A stretch of DNA of 63,932 bases, the filler included, from Reticulomyxa filosa (lineage: Eukaryota > Protista > Foraminifera), in assembly GCA_000512085.1 (NCBI GenBank). It is 22 parts of 22 records of this genome, joined end to end, with 100 filler letters (N's around TTAATTAATTAA, not from the genome) between each part and the next. Parts side by side here need not be neighbours in the genome. Positions count along the whole stretch, not along the records: positions 37,150 to 38,273 come from ASPP01008163.1; positions 38,374 to 40,507 come from ASPP01026844.1; positions 40,608 to 41,738 come from ASPP01011649.1; positions 41,839 to 43,806 come from ASPP01008007.1; positions 43,907 to 47,216 come from ASPP01000184.1; positions 47,317 to 54,634 come from ASPP01006245.1; 16 more parts are not named here. One strand, written 5' to 3'. Positions 37,196 to 50,879 of the stretch are shown in pieces; the stretch's first letter is position 1, and each line of letters opens with the position of its first letter. The notes beneath the pieces are model-generated. The model was not told where the DNA came from and did no database searches. It saw only the letters and a program-made list of their open reading frames with translations. The position numbers and the translations under genes were made by a program.

Positions 37196-38200
37196 AGAGA
37201 AAAAGAGCCCATGGGGATCAAAAGTAACACTTACGCTGAAACCAAACGGGGTATTGCATGAGGCGTCGAGAAAGGAGAGATGTTACGAATGGGACAACAT
37301 TCGGAAGTGCAGCTGCAAAGACGACAAAACGTTTACGATCGAGGTATTCCACAGCTGCAGCGGACACAGACGTGTAGGTACGGATAGAATGTCGTATACT
37401 TACAAGTCTCCAGAAGCTCCGACAATTGAAAAAGAAATCAATCGCAGATTACACCTTATCGATTACAAACGAAGCGATGCCAGAAAAGGTGCACTCTCAG
37501 ACACATTTCAAAAGAAATTACGTGACAAAATTCAAAAAGAAGTTTTGCAAAAAAAAAAAAAAAAAAAAAAAAAAATAGAATAAAATAAATAAATAAAAAT
37601 GAATGAATAAATAAAAAGACTCGAAATTTCAAAGTCGGAAATGTGGTACGTTTGACACAAAGACGAGTAGGAAGAATATTGTACAGTGGATTCGTCCACT
37701 TTGCAGTAGGGTCGTATTATGGTATTGAGTTGATTGAAGGGGAAGGTGATCACGACGGTGAATATGATGGAATTCGCTACTTTTCTACATCAAATAAAAA
37801 AGGGGTGTTAGAGCCAGAATCTCAAGTACTTCGAATCGTCCGCTCTTCTCCTTCCTCTTCTTCGAACAACCAAAAAAGCAATGGAAATGGCGAAATAGTC
37901 GAAGATGCAACCGACGAAAAAGAAGAAAAACAATGGAACAAGAAACAGAGCTTCTCGATTAACACTTTGCCGAAACTTGTGGAGCAAACCGGAAACGTGC
38001 AAAAAAGGGTAAGTATGACAAACATTGGCTCTCTCTCATCTGGCAAACCGATGTTGGATGATATGTTGCAAGAAACCATTTTCGATCGATTGAAAACTGA
38101 CCTTTTAAAAAGCGACACTCCAGAAGGCAATTCACGACTCAGGTTTTTGCAAGGTTTTCAAAGCCATGCTAAAGATGACAACCTTCTTTCTGCTGTTTAG
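37196..38200 (+). CDS. CAP-Gly domain protein with upstream PH-like segment; internal fragment
   Basis: VGRILYSGFVHFAVGSYYGIELIEGEGDHDGEYDGIRYF...KGV is a CAP-Gly domain. The preceding exon has a beta-rich segment ending in a helix; the PH-like call is tentative. Confidence 0.8.
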
Positions 38201-40607
38201 TCTTTTTGTTCATCTTTAAAAAAAAAAAAATATATATATGTATATATGTATATATATATATATTTTTTTTTTTNNNNNNNNNNNNNNNNNNNNNNNNNNN
38301 NNNNNNNNNNNNNNNNNTTAATTAATTAANNNNNNNNNNNNNNNNNNNNNNNNNNNNNNNNNNNNNNNNNNNNACAGTTCCTTTATTTGAACTTGTATAA
38401 TATGGCTTTACCCTACATTCCACCCTCTTTGCCCCATCTGGGAAACATATAGATACTCGTTTAGTGCTCCTCGAACGTGGACGCATTGTTGTATTTGAAT
38501 TTCTTTCGTACATGACTCCTTTACGTTCTACTGTTACCACTTCTTCAAAGTTGTTACAGTGTTCCAATGGTGGATGTGGCGCGTTCGAGTTCTCCAAAGA
38601 TGACGATGAATCATTCAAGTTCTCTAATGGTGGAGGCGATGAATTAACCTCTAATTGTGGAACATCTTCATTTGAATGTTTTTTCATCTTTTTCTGGTGT
38701 TTCGTCCTCCATGTTCAGTTTTCGTACCTTTGATACGTGAACGATTTTTTGGAAACACTGTTCACTTTCGATTTTCAATGTCACTTGTCCAAGCCGTTAA
38801 ATGACAGTGTATGGACCAACAAAGCTTTGCTTTGTTCCCGACTCTTTGATCACCGACAAACAATAACACTAAGACAAAATGTAGAGCCTACATGATCTTC
38901 ATTTTTTTCTTTTTTTGTGCAGCGGCGTAACAATCCAAAAAAAAATAGGTTTTTTAAAAGTTGTTATGTTCTGTCAGTGAGAAATGTCTGACGAAAAGGC
39001 AGCAGACACAAAAATCAAAGATACGTAAAAGAATTTTTTGTGGGTACATTTGAGAATTCAAAACATGGTAAGTTGCATTTTTTTTTGGTTTTTTTTTAAC
39101 CGATATTATATGTGCATATATAATCCCGAAGCAACTCGAAAGTGATAAGCTTGAGAACGTACAATTTTTTTTTATAAAGATAATGAGAATGTGGCCACGA
39201 CCATGACCACGATAACGAGCACGAGGACAATACCATGATGGCGAAGCGACAAAAACAGAAGGCACGACGCAATAACAGATGACGACATAATAAATAATAA
39301 TGGAAAGTCAATGACACCATCGAAAATATTTACATATTTTCATATCCATTCTAGTACAATCAGAAAGCAACCACGTTCTGTTTGACATGACGTAGATACA
39401 ACATTGAAAATATCAACAATTATGCAGGATCATGACGTTGGAACTCACTGATATCCAATTGCCAAGTTTGCACTGACATTATTGCAGCGGTTTCCCAACC
39501 GAAACGGCCGAAGACTGTCACAGAACAATGCAAGTGGTTAGATACTGGAAATTTTCATCGGATTTTCATTAGTCCTTTTTTCGCGAGGCCAGGGACTCCA
39601 GTTGCTAAAATAGATATGTTTATGTAAAATGCAAAGCTTTGATTCGTTATCTATATATGTATATGTGCATATATGTATTTGTTTATAATATAAAAGTAAA
39701 TAATACTTGCATTTGTGATGCTGTTTGTGCAGCAAGAAGTTTATCAGGCAAAAAAAAAAGATTGACTGAAATGACTCGATTGTGCAAATCTTTTCGCTGC
39801 TATGATCGACGATTAAATACGATACAGTTTTGGATTTGCACAAACGATATCACCAAAGACTGCGTGCACGTTGTTTGATTAATTAAATTTGCTGAAAAAA
39901 TTTGTATCAAGTAGCAAAAATTTGATCTACAATACCACTTTGCCATCATCCAAAACATGAGCTCAGTTTACATTCATTTGATTAGTGCTCGTCTGTTGAT
40001 TGTAAGGTGAACCTGAATTTACATACATTACATGCTGCAATCATATAGGTACATTGTACATATATGATTTTTTTTGTAATAAGAGATAAAAAAAAAACAA
40101 CGCGCTTTCCTTCCGTTGTCTAGATGTTTCCTATTCACAGAAACGAGTGAGTTATTCGTATACAATTGATTTACCATTCAAACAATGGAATTTTATAGTG
40201 ATAAATCAAATGATGTAACATTTTTAAGACCCTTTCATCATTTTTTGCAATATGCTTCGTCATTTTGCCCCTGGTGGCTACGTATGTGTTACCGTGATTA
40301 CAATAAACATCACTCACATGATATATGTCTATTTCTATCATCTCGAACCAATAGCCTTCGCAATTTTAGCTTTGAAGATTGCCTTTGAAATTCAAGCAAT
40401 CGAATATTGTTGACGTTTTGAATATACAGTATGTTGCAAAAAAAACTGAATGCATAAAACGATATCTTATGATGATAATTGATTTTCTCCATGAAAAATC
40501 AACATTTNNNNNNNNNNNNNNNNNNNNNNNNNNNNNNNNNNNNNNNNNNNNTTAATTAATTAANNNNNNNNNNNNNNNNNNNNNNNNNNNNNNNNNNNNN
40601 NNNNNNN

Positions 40608-40644
<37 letters not shown>

Positions 40645-40699
40645 AAATAAATAAACACAAATAAAGCAAAAAATAAAAAAAACGTTAAAAAGTACCCAT

Positions 40700-40805
40700 A
40701 AATTCATCCTCTGTAATTCCTCTCTTAATTTTCCATAGCTATCTTTTAATGCTTTAAACTGTATAGTTGTTTGAATCACGTATTATTTATATAACATCAT
40801 ATATA

Positions 40806-40842
<37 letters not shown>

Positions 40843-41700
40843 ATTAAAATGAACTGTGCAAAATGGAAAATGCGTAGGCTTGCTGGCTGTGGTCCATGGG
40901 CCTTCGGCTCCACAAAGGAGACAGCGCACAATTTTGTACCCAATGGGCTGACGGAACGGGAGCATGTGGTCGTGGAGTAAGCATCCGCTGAGCTTGCTTT
41001 CGTCCAAATAAGAGCATTGGTAGCCAACGCAGACCCACTCTCGATAGCGCAGCATTTCCCAAGCGAATCGCATCCAAAGCGTTTGCGATCCTTCAGGGGC
41101 TATGCCATTGGCTATTGTGTATGTGTGAACAAGAAGGATAGAGTCGAGTGAGCGGAGAACTCTGTTTTTTTTTTTGTTTTTTTTAAATATTTAAAAAAAA
41201 AACAAGAGTATTTCAAAAAGTAGATAACACAAATCTAACCGTCGCTCAGACGAAATGGAAACCATTTGTTTGGTGGTTTGACATTCAAGTCGGTTGGCTC
41301 CTCCAAGTGCAACAGGTTGGAGTCACTGGCATCACTCTCGGCTCTACACCGCTTCTTCTTCGACCTCCTCCGTTTTGCTTCGGATGTCGGACGTATCCCG
41401 CCGATGGACTCTGTTCCATTGGCGAGTCTGCTTTCCATCGGCAATTGAAGTAGTGGTTCAAATGCTTGGCCTTCATTCCAATGATCAATTGGATACATCT
41501 CCTCTTCGTCTATTGTATTTGTAGATAATATATTTGTCCTTGCACCTTCGTCACTATCTCTTCTTCGTCCTCTTTCTTCTTTTTCTTGTTTGGCAGATTC
41601 ATTTTGATACATCTCCGTTATATCATTCATAGAATCTACTCGTCTGTCTTGTTCTCCTTCTCGCTCGACGGTGTTTTCCTTTTCCTCTTCCTCTTTTGCA
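40700..41700 (-). CDS. Unknown protein with a Cys/His cluster; internal fragment
   Basis: An acidic/basic exon (41235-41700) and an exon with WVCVGYQC...CLLHDH...RCLLCGAEG...HFPFC. Confidence 0.45.
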
Positions 41701-41703
41701 TCA

Positions 41704-41738
<35 letters not shown>

Positions 41739-42269
41739 NNNNNNNNNNNNNNNNNNNNNNNNNNNNNNNNNNNNNNNNNNNNTTAATTAATTAANNNNNN
41801 NNNNNNNNNNNNNNNNNNNNNNNNNNNNNNNNNNNNNNACACATGTATGTATCCATGTTGTGCTGCCAAAAAAAAAAAAGTCGGAAAAAAAGGGGTTGTT
41901 TTGTTTGTGAATTAGACACAAGTGATAATGGAGAAGATGGAAGTAGAATACAAAGACAAAAGCAACGAGGAGAGCGTTATTCGTAAGGAATTCTTACTGG
42001 ACGGAAGTGAGTCTTCGACCGATCTACGTTTATTCAAGTTTGTGCCCAACGTTGATCCAGTTTAGTCACACTTCATATCATTTTATTATATCCTTAATTG
42101 CTATTGATCTTTTGGAATAAAAAAAAGGAGGAAAAAAAAAAAGAGGGAGAAGAGGTAGAGAACGCTACATTTGTTTTTTCTTCCCCTTTTGGGGGAAAAA
42201 AAAAAAAAAAAAAAAAGAGGGGTTTGCGATGGGGAAAAAATCAAAAAAAAAAAAACGGAAATCAAAAGA

Positions 42270-43695
42270 TGTACGTACCAGTGGCCTTGGTATGGGATGA
42301 TCAATACTTGGTTCGATTTCGCCCAGGATTGGCCGAGTTTTTGTGGGCCGCGTCACGGTCGTATCGCGTGGTGTTGTGGACAGCAGCGATGCGAGAGGTG
42401 TATTCGAGAATGCTGGATGCAATCCACGACACATTGGTGGGCGAGGTAATGAAGCTGATAGAGACAAGCGAGCAAAAATGGGAAGAGGACGTGAAGCTGT
42501 GGGACCAAGTGTACTTTCGGGATAATTGCTCATGGGCTCGGGACATGACGTTGTGGAAGGACGTGGAAAGCTTGCCAGAGTATGCCCTGTGTCAAATGTC
42601 TTGCAGAAATGTGGTAATCGTGGATAATGTCCCTCGAAACTTCCGGAATTTTGAAAACAATGTGTTGCCGATCCCGGATTTTGTCGGGCAGAAGCAAGAT
42701 TGCCATCTTCCGTTATACGGTTCGATTCTCAAACAAATCGAGCTGAAGTACTATTGCCATCGTCGCTGTTCTCTTGTCCCTCCTCCAACGGCAGCACCGC
42801 AACAGATGGAGGATGAGCAATTGGATGAGTTGCAGCTGCAGCAAAGTGCAAGTGACCACAATAAAGATAGTGAGGATGACATTATCACTACTGCTACTGC
42901 TACTACTGCTACTACTGCTACTACTACTACTGGTACTGATACTGCGACTATTGTCAAGGGTGCTGATGTTCGGCGTATATTGCAGGATGTGGTCTCTCAT
43001 CACGATATCATCCGACGGCGCATTGAAGAGATGAAATTTGATCTTGTTCACACATTACCGCTCTGTTCGACACTCGACCAAACCCACAAACAAGTCGATA
43101 TCGATATGGTCACCTTAGTTGGGGATGAACTCGACACCCATGATGACCACACTTGTGCCGACTTGTCGTCCCTGCTTCGAGGCATCGTCATTGACTCTAA
43201 CTTTCGTCATCATTCTCTCGCCACTGGCAGCCAAGATACCGACACCAATCCAACCACTGAAGTTCTTTTTTTTTTAAAAAAAAAAGGGGGGGGAGAAACA
43301 CAACTTCAAGTTGCTTTTTTTTTTTTTAGAAAATTTGGAATGATTGGGAAATGGCTCGAGAAGATAATGACATCCCACACCAACGCATACTGCCATTAGT
43401 TCAAAGTTGTGGTAACGACAATGAAACAGAAGACAATGATGGCAATGATCGACTGAAGCCGCATCAAATGTCGGGTGTGGACGATGACGAATTGCACCCG
43501 GAAGAAATGCGTATGTTATACTCGAGCGTATGGTGCCCTGTCGCGTTTACAAACGAACAGACGTCGGAACGCTTCCCCCCTTCGTCGTCACTTCCGCCGC
43601 GTGTGGTTGAAGACGTGAGGAATCCAAGGAATATGGACGTGAAAAGTAAAGCTAAAGGATATTGTGGCAAGACGAATGAAGTCAATAATGCCTCC

Positions 43696-43733
<38 letters not shown>

Positions 43734-43806
43734 CGGAGAAAATGCCTCACCAAGGTTCCCCTGGTCGTTTGGAAGTTGCCAAAAGCCTATTCCTATCGAT
43801 GAAGAG
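42270..43806 (+). CDS. FCP1/SCP-like (NIF domain) HAD phosphatase; fragment
   Basis: VRFRPGLAEFL, VVLWTAA, YFRDNC, WKDV, NVVIVDN.P.NF and NVLPIPDF. The DxDxT motif is not seen and is presumably upstream of the contig start. Confidence 0.85.
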
Positions 43807-45767
43807 NNNNNNNNNNNNNNNNNNNNNNNNNNNNNNNNNNNNNNNNNNNNTTAATTAATTAANNNNNNNNNNNNNNNNNNNNNNNNNNNNNNNNNNNNNN
43901 NNNNNNGATACGCATTATCGCAGAATTTTCAAAAATCATTTTAAAGAATGTTGATTTCATCCAATAAAAAAAAAGTTATTCAAAAATCAATATTATATTT
44001 AAAAACTACAAGACTTGTAGATATTTTTAAAAAAAATTAGGTCTAAATGTTGATTTTTCATTGATAAAATCAATTATCATCATAAGATACAATCAAATAA
44101 AGGAACAAAGCCGAAGATGTAATAGTCAATTAAATTGGAATTGTAATTTATAGATCAAATTTTTTAAAAAAGGGAAGTTGTTGAAATTACATTTGTTAAA
44201 CTTGTAATTGAAAAGTAATGTTGTTTTTTCTTTCTTAAAGAGTTGCTGTAAATATCAAAATAACAATGTTTTTATTTAAAAGATTTAATTTTTGAAGACA
44301 AGACATTCACGTTTATATCTTCTTCTTGTTCTACAAAATTATTGAAGTCATCACTGTTTGCTCGTTTTGTTTTTTGTTTATTGAGATATACAAAATTTAA
44401 TTGTATTTTACGAAAATATACTTAGAAACATGATATTCATTAAACTTTCATTATTTTTTCTTGATCCACACCAAAATCTAGCTATATCAATATAAAAAAG
44501 GGTCACTTAAGAAAATTCTTAAGGAACATATATACAGTGTAAATTTTGCTTTTGGTAATGTGGAAAAGTATGCTAAATGTTGATTGCATTGTTTTGTTTA
44601 GTTGTCTTAATTTAAATTATAACTAAAATCAGCTCGATTTGTAATTAAGTTCATTTGATTAAAAAAAAAATATTTTTTCGATAGAAGTTTTAGCTTATAA
44701 GTTTTTTACGTTGTTTATTTGTGTCAATGAGAAGTAGTTTATTTAACTTGCTAGTGATTTTAATGATGTTAAAATATTGTAAATCAACAAATATGTGATA
44801 TTTATCTCAAGACATTCGCTGCCGAACAAAATAGAAAACTAGAAGAAACAGTCGATGTTGAAATTAATAAGCATGTCCTGCTTCGAATTGTATTAATTCA
44901 CGAAAGTGAAATAAAATAAGCATTGAAGTATGCTCATGTGTTACAATCATCATGCAACTTGAAAACGACTTTTGCCTTGTGACAGAAGATGTCCATTTTT
45001 CACCAGATGGACCAATTATTGTAACTCACGGGTTTTTTTGAAGTAATACGAATATGGAAAGTAAGAATTACAATTTTTTTTATCTCTGACCTTTTGGCCT
45101 GCAAAAACTAAAATTTCTCATTTAAGTTCTCATACGACTTTTTGCTTTTTGATCATATTTCCTCCCAACTAGTGGTTATCGTATTACTAGTTTAGCGTTC
45201 CTGTTTATCACCTTTCCCGAAATACTGATGTCAATGAAGCTTGGCTTTCATATTCAAGGAATGTTTTTGGAGGTGTGCCTTGGTGAAGATTTATGTTCAA
45301 GTGCCTAGAGAACTTCGCGTGCCTGGCATTAAATCATCAAATTGTTGTGTCAACGTTTAAAATTCAGCACAAATGAGCGAAAGAAGAGAAGATGAATCCC
45401 GTACCTCAAAACGGTTTGTTATTCTTTCGTCAAAAAAGAAAAACAAACAAATAAAAAATAACAAACTTAAAAACTAAAAACAAGAAAGGACCTCTTTTTT
45501 TTTATATTTTTTTTAATCCGTGCATTTTTTGCAGAATCAACGACAGAAGGAAATCGAAAAACGGAGAGTGAGGTTCTTCTCTCAACTATTCCTGTTTCAT
45601 GTGTGGCTGTTAATGAAAGAAGATACATGAAACCAGAGAATAATCAAAACAAACAACAGAATTTTTTGTTTTTCTTTTCACCCTCCTCCCCCCCCCGCTC
45701 TGTCTTTTGTGTAATATACACATGTATTTTTGAGTTTATCATTCAACAAAAAAAAAAAAAAGTCAAA

Positions 45768-47160
45768 CTAAACTGAACCTTCCTTCAATATATCAAATAG
45801 GATGTTATCAACATCCCATTTGGGATGTTGTGAGTCGTCTCCAGTGATGTCACAACTATCATTGAAGAATCGATCAGGAGCGTATAATATCGGGTCGATT
45901 TTTTTCATAATGTCACGAATGTATTGACCCAACCCAACATTATCCACTTTGGATACAATTTGCCGTTGCAATTTGTATCCTTCCAATTGTAGTTCGAACA
46001 ATTCATTCCTCTTTACTGCCATTGACCTCTTTTGGACACAGCGGCAAAAGCAAAGACAAACAAACAAAATTGGAAAACAAGCAAACAAAGAGAAAAAGTT
46101 AGTTTGACGATACCAATACGTTCTGCAGCAAGAATCCCAAATGATTGACTTCTAAATGCAAAGAAGACGGAGGGGCTTTGATTGAGGGAGACATTTGAGC
46201 TTCCGTGAGTATGCTGTTGCCACTGCTTGCTTTCGATTGATTTCTGATTTCTGTGTTATTGCTCTCATTATCGTTATTACCATTGTCATTCCCGTCATTG
46301 TTATCATTATCATTGCTATTGTCCTTGTCATCATTGTCATTATCATTATCATTATCATTACGATTACGTTTCTTGTTTTCAATAATGCGTTTCACTAAAT
46401 CAAGCGCACCTGGAACAGAAAGGAGCTGTTGCAAATGCGCATAATCATTGCTGCTGGTCGACGGATGCGGATTTAGGTTCTTTTCATAGTCACTGGTTTC
46501 AGTTGCAAGCATTTCATTATCATTATCATTGTCATTGTCATGATCATGATCATGATCAATATCCTCATCATTGCCATTTTTGTCATCGCCATTGGCCACG
46601 GGCAAATGAGTTATTTTCATATCTTCATTAGCGTCACAAGAGATTGGATTGGAGTAGTTTTTCTGGTTTGCTTGCAATGACTGCAACGCCATCTTTCGTA
46701 GCTGAGCCAAATCCATTGCTTCTACTGATACATTGTCCATCGCTTCGATTCCATTTGCCGTTGCCGTCGCTATAGCATTTGTCGCAGCAATCGCAGTTTC
46801 AATTGCAGCTCCAGCTTCAGCTCCATTGCCATTGTCATTATCATTTGCATGTTCATGCTCACGTGTATGTTGCAATTCAAGTTTGGAGCCATTATGAGAG
46901 GAATCCACATCATCAAATTCATCTACCTCAATCTCATCGTGGTATTGCGTGGCATGCGCGTTCAAAGGCAAAGGCGAAGATTCCGATTTCTGTAGTCTCT
47001 GGCTCTCCCAAATGGAACGTACGATTGGCACTTTGGCGCGCAGTGCGGCGTTGTTAACTACGCTTGTGTCACCCCTTCCATCTTCCATTTCATCACTTAC
47101 CACCACAGACGTGCACACTTCTTCTTTAATTTGTAATTGTCCAAGTTTTTCCATTTATAT
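45768..47160 (-). CDS. Asp/Asn-rich low-complexity protein; 3' part
   Basis: A 351-aa ORF with DN repeats plus a terminal exon (SMAVKRNELFELQLEG...ILKEGSV*). No family recognised. Confidence 0.55.
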
Positions 47161-47387
47161 ATGTGTACATACATATATGTATGTATGTATGTATTTATTT
47201 ATTTATTTATTTATTTNNNNNNNNNNNNNNNNNNNNNNNNNNNNNNNNNNNNNNNNNNNNTTAATTAATTAANNNNNNNNNNNNNNNNNNNNNNNNNNNN
47301 NNNNNNNNNNNNNNNNAAAAAAAAAAAAAAAAAAAAAAGTAAAAATTGAAAGTTTGCACAATGGAGAATAGATATCAACACATTTTA

Positions 47388-48235
47388 CCATATAGCTGAC
47401 AGTCCCAACACGGTCCTTCAACTGTGCAAGGCGAGGAATAACTCTTGCCATTCCGAAATCAATCAATTTCAACTTCGCATCTGTGTCTTTGCTTTCAAAT
47501 ATTATATTTTCCGGCTTCAAATCTTTATGTATAATAATATATGTATATGTATATATATATATATTTTTTTATCATTTGGACCCCCCCACCCTCTTTCTCC
47601 TCCTTTTTTTAATTTAAACCTAAGTGTAAAATATGTTGGTCATGCATGTGATCCAAAGCATTCAATATCTGCTTCAAATAATGTGCGGCTTGCGTTTCGC
47701 TAAATGAATCAACATCTTTTTTTTTTTAGAAAGCTTTATTTTGGTTTACATATACACATAAAATATATGTATATGCATATGTATGGATATGTATATGAAT
47801 ATGTAACTCTCCTTCCCCCCCCCCTCCCTTTTTTAAAAAAAATCTTTACTTACCGGCAATCCTATCAAATAACTCACCACCTGGTAAGTACTCCATTACC
47901 AGGTGCAACTTGTGTCGATCTTCGTAGACGTCGTAGAGTTGTACAATATTTTCGTGGTTCACTCGCTTCAGTGTCGCTATTTCATTTTGCATCGTTTGCA
48001 ACACTTGCTGTCTGCCTTCCAACGATATATGATGGAAACGCGATTTATTTATTTCCTTCACGCAGACTCGTGTTTTGCGAGGGTCTCTCTTCTTATATGC
48101 AATCCAGGCCGTGCCAAATTGTCCCGGTTCTCCCACTGGGTCTAATAACACGTAGTCATCTTCAAAACGTCGAAACTGTTGAGTCACAAATATTGTTCGA
48201 CGCTTTTCCACATGAGGAGCCTTTTCATCTGACAT
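47388..48235 (-). CDS. CAMK-group (CDPK-like) Ser/Thr kinase, N-terminal part
   Basis: GEPGQFG loop, [48 protein letters not shown] and KLIDFG across three or more exons. Confidence 0.92.
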
Positions 48236-50879
48236 TTTTCTTTGTTTTTTCTTTCAATCAATTACTTCAGCGCACTTGTCGAGGAAAAGTAAACTAGTTT
48301 GTTATTAAAAGTCTTTTTTCTTTTTCGTCTTTTTTATGCTCATTGCCTTTTGCTCCTGCTACTGTGTGGCAACTGTTGGCTAAGTATGCAAACGACTTCG
48401 TGTCTAAAAAACGTAGCATTTTACAACTGCTTGTTTGTCGTTACGTACTGAAGCGTTATATAACAGTTGTTGAAAAGTATTCATTATTGCTTAGATTATG
48501 AAAATGACACAAAATTTAATATGTAAATAAATATTTAATACATTTTAATACGAAGTTTCAGAATGAAAACATGCGTTTTGAGTCTTAAAAGACATCTCGC
48601 TGAAAATCTTTTTTTGTAAAGATATTTGATATTTTCTAAAATTCAAATTCGTATTCGCTGTATTGAAATTGTGCATATACATTTTTGTAAAATCAACATA
48701 AACTGAAAAAAGTTTAATGAAAACCGAACCAAAAGAAAATTCGTTGATACTAGTTTTATGTACGTTAAAAATTTCTTCTTCCAAAAATTTTCTAAAACAT
48801 TGATAATTTAATCAGTTTTCGTAAGACTCAAACATTATGCTAATTATCAGTTAACATAAATTGCAATTTGCCCAACAATCAATTACATTTTTACAAGTTT
48901 GGTTCAGTCAATTTGTTTGTTAAAAAAAAGTGAAAAAATTTATAAATATCACTTGATGACTTACTAGTGTTGGATCTTTTCTTAATTTTGTGTCCACATA
49001 ATTATTGTTTCGTCATCTGAGCATTATACAATTTTTGCATCAATCAAACATACTACATCACGTATACTTGAATGACCTTCATATGGGAATTTTTCTTGAT
49101 TATAACTCACAATTAAATTGATTTTCTACAAAAAATGTTACAACTTTGGAAAATTACATTTTTTAAATATCCTTAAATTAACTGGAGTTTTCTTTCGAAA
49201 GCAATATCACATATCTAAATATTATCACCCTCGAAAATGGCAACATTTCTGAACAATGCCGCCATTTTCTTCCTCTCGCCTCACAAAAAAAACTATTGTT
49301 TTACTGCAAATACAAAAATTTTATTGAAATTTAAAAAAGCATTGAAAATTTGTCGAAAAAGCTGAAACTTCAAATAAAAATGAGTATCAAAACAAACAAA
49401 TGCGAATAACATTGAAATTTAAAAGTTTCAAATTGATGTTTTAAACAAAACAGTTCGTTGTTGGAGCAATCAAAGCAATTAAAGGGATAATTTTTTGATT
49501 AAAAGCTGTACATTTATATTTTTCTTCGTTTTGGATGAGGAGCATTTGCAAGATTAGTTGAACGGCGTTTTCTTGGTCTCTTTGATGCTTTTTTTGCTTT
49601 ATCATCAAATGCAAGCGTTTCTGTTGGGTCAGAAAGAGCGCTGTGCTGAGGGCTATTCGTTTGTAGTATTTCAGTATTCTTATCCGCAACTGACTTTTTT
49701 TTATTGAATATTAGAATGAACAAAACACTAATTTTTTTATTTATATTTATTCCTCCCTCTTTCTTCTTCCTTACAAATGTTCACAAACTATCCCCTTACT
49801 TGTCCAAGTCGTTTTGTGCCTTTCAGTGTTTCTACCAACAACGTCATTTCTTTTTTTTCTGTTCCGTGTTTAGCTTGACTTATGCGCATATTTTTGTGAC
49901 AAAAGGAAAGAAAATACCTTGGCACAGTTGTGCTTTCAAGTCTTCAGTCACACCAAAAAGCTTTTTTTGTTATTATTGTTGTGTGCTGACGAAATCATGT
50001 GAGATGATACTTTTCGGACACAACTTTTTCGGTATCCAGCATCTGATTTTGCATATTTTTCATCTCAAGTTCAATTGATCCTATAGCTTCCTTCCAAGCT
50101 TTCTCGAGTTCGTCCATGATAATTTTTTTTTTAAGCTGTACCCTTTTCGCCAATTGCCGTCCATTGAAAATGCATTTGCTTGCTACCGGTTCAATTTTTC
50201 AGTTAAAATGCGTTACATATGATAAAAATGCTTATTTGTCAAAATAAAAATAACTATACATTATTTTAAAACTTGAAATGTACAAACATCAAATATTATT
50301 ACAAGCGCATTGTTCGAGTTATAGTGTAAGTTCATATTATAACTATCAATGAACATTGGACCCTCCAGTGAATTAAACTATCGCAATAACAATTTTCTTT
50401 TCTTGTTTTTGTTGTATTCTTTGTCTTTTGTGAATCATTTTTTAATTAATTTCGTTTTACTGAAATTTTGTTTCTGAACAAAGTTCCTTCTATACACTTA
50501 ATCGTAACTCCTATTCATATATAGTAATACTTTTCACTTTTGGATTATTTATTTCTAGATTATAATTTTCAATGGATGTGTAAACAAGCCTAAATTGAAA
50601 GATTAAATAAATTTGACTGCCTATTTTAGTCGTCTTAATCTTACAAGTATTGTCTTGCCCAAATAGCCAACATAGTCTAACGCTTGGTTAAGTATCAATA
50701 TTTTTCGTAACACTAACTTTTATTTAATCCCTCAAACAGTTCCAACCCTCATTCGCATCAAAGTTTGTTTTTAAATGTGCAAACAATATTGTGTCTAAAA
50801 AAGGTAAAATCCACGTTTTGACATGTTGCCATTATCCTAATGCTTTAAATTCCAGCATAGCCTAGACAAAATTTTTGAT

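Noticed and set aside
38760-40000. Possible membrane-protein gene on the minus strand
   Set aside because: All frames are interrupted by stops and no family was recognised. Possibly decayed coding DNA, but not supportable.
44985-45070. WD40-like remnant (VHFSPDG...IRIW)
   Set aside because: Too short and degraded to call with confidence.
49514-50118. Coiled-coil gene on the minus strand (MDELEKAWKEAIG...)
   Set aside because: Early in-frame TGA and an unresolved exon structure; cannot distinguish gene from pseudogene.
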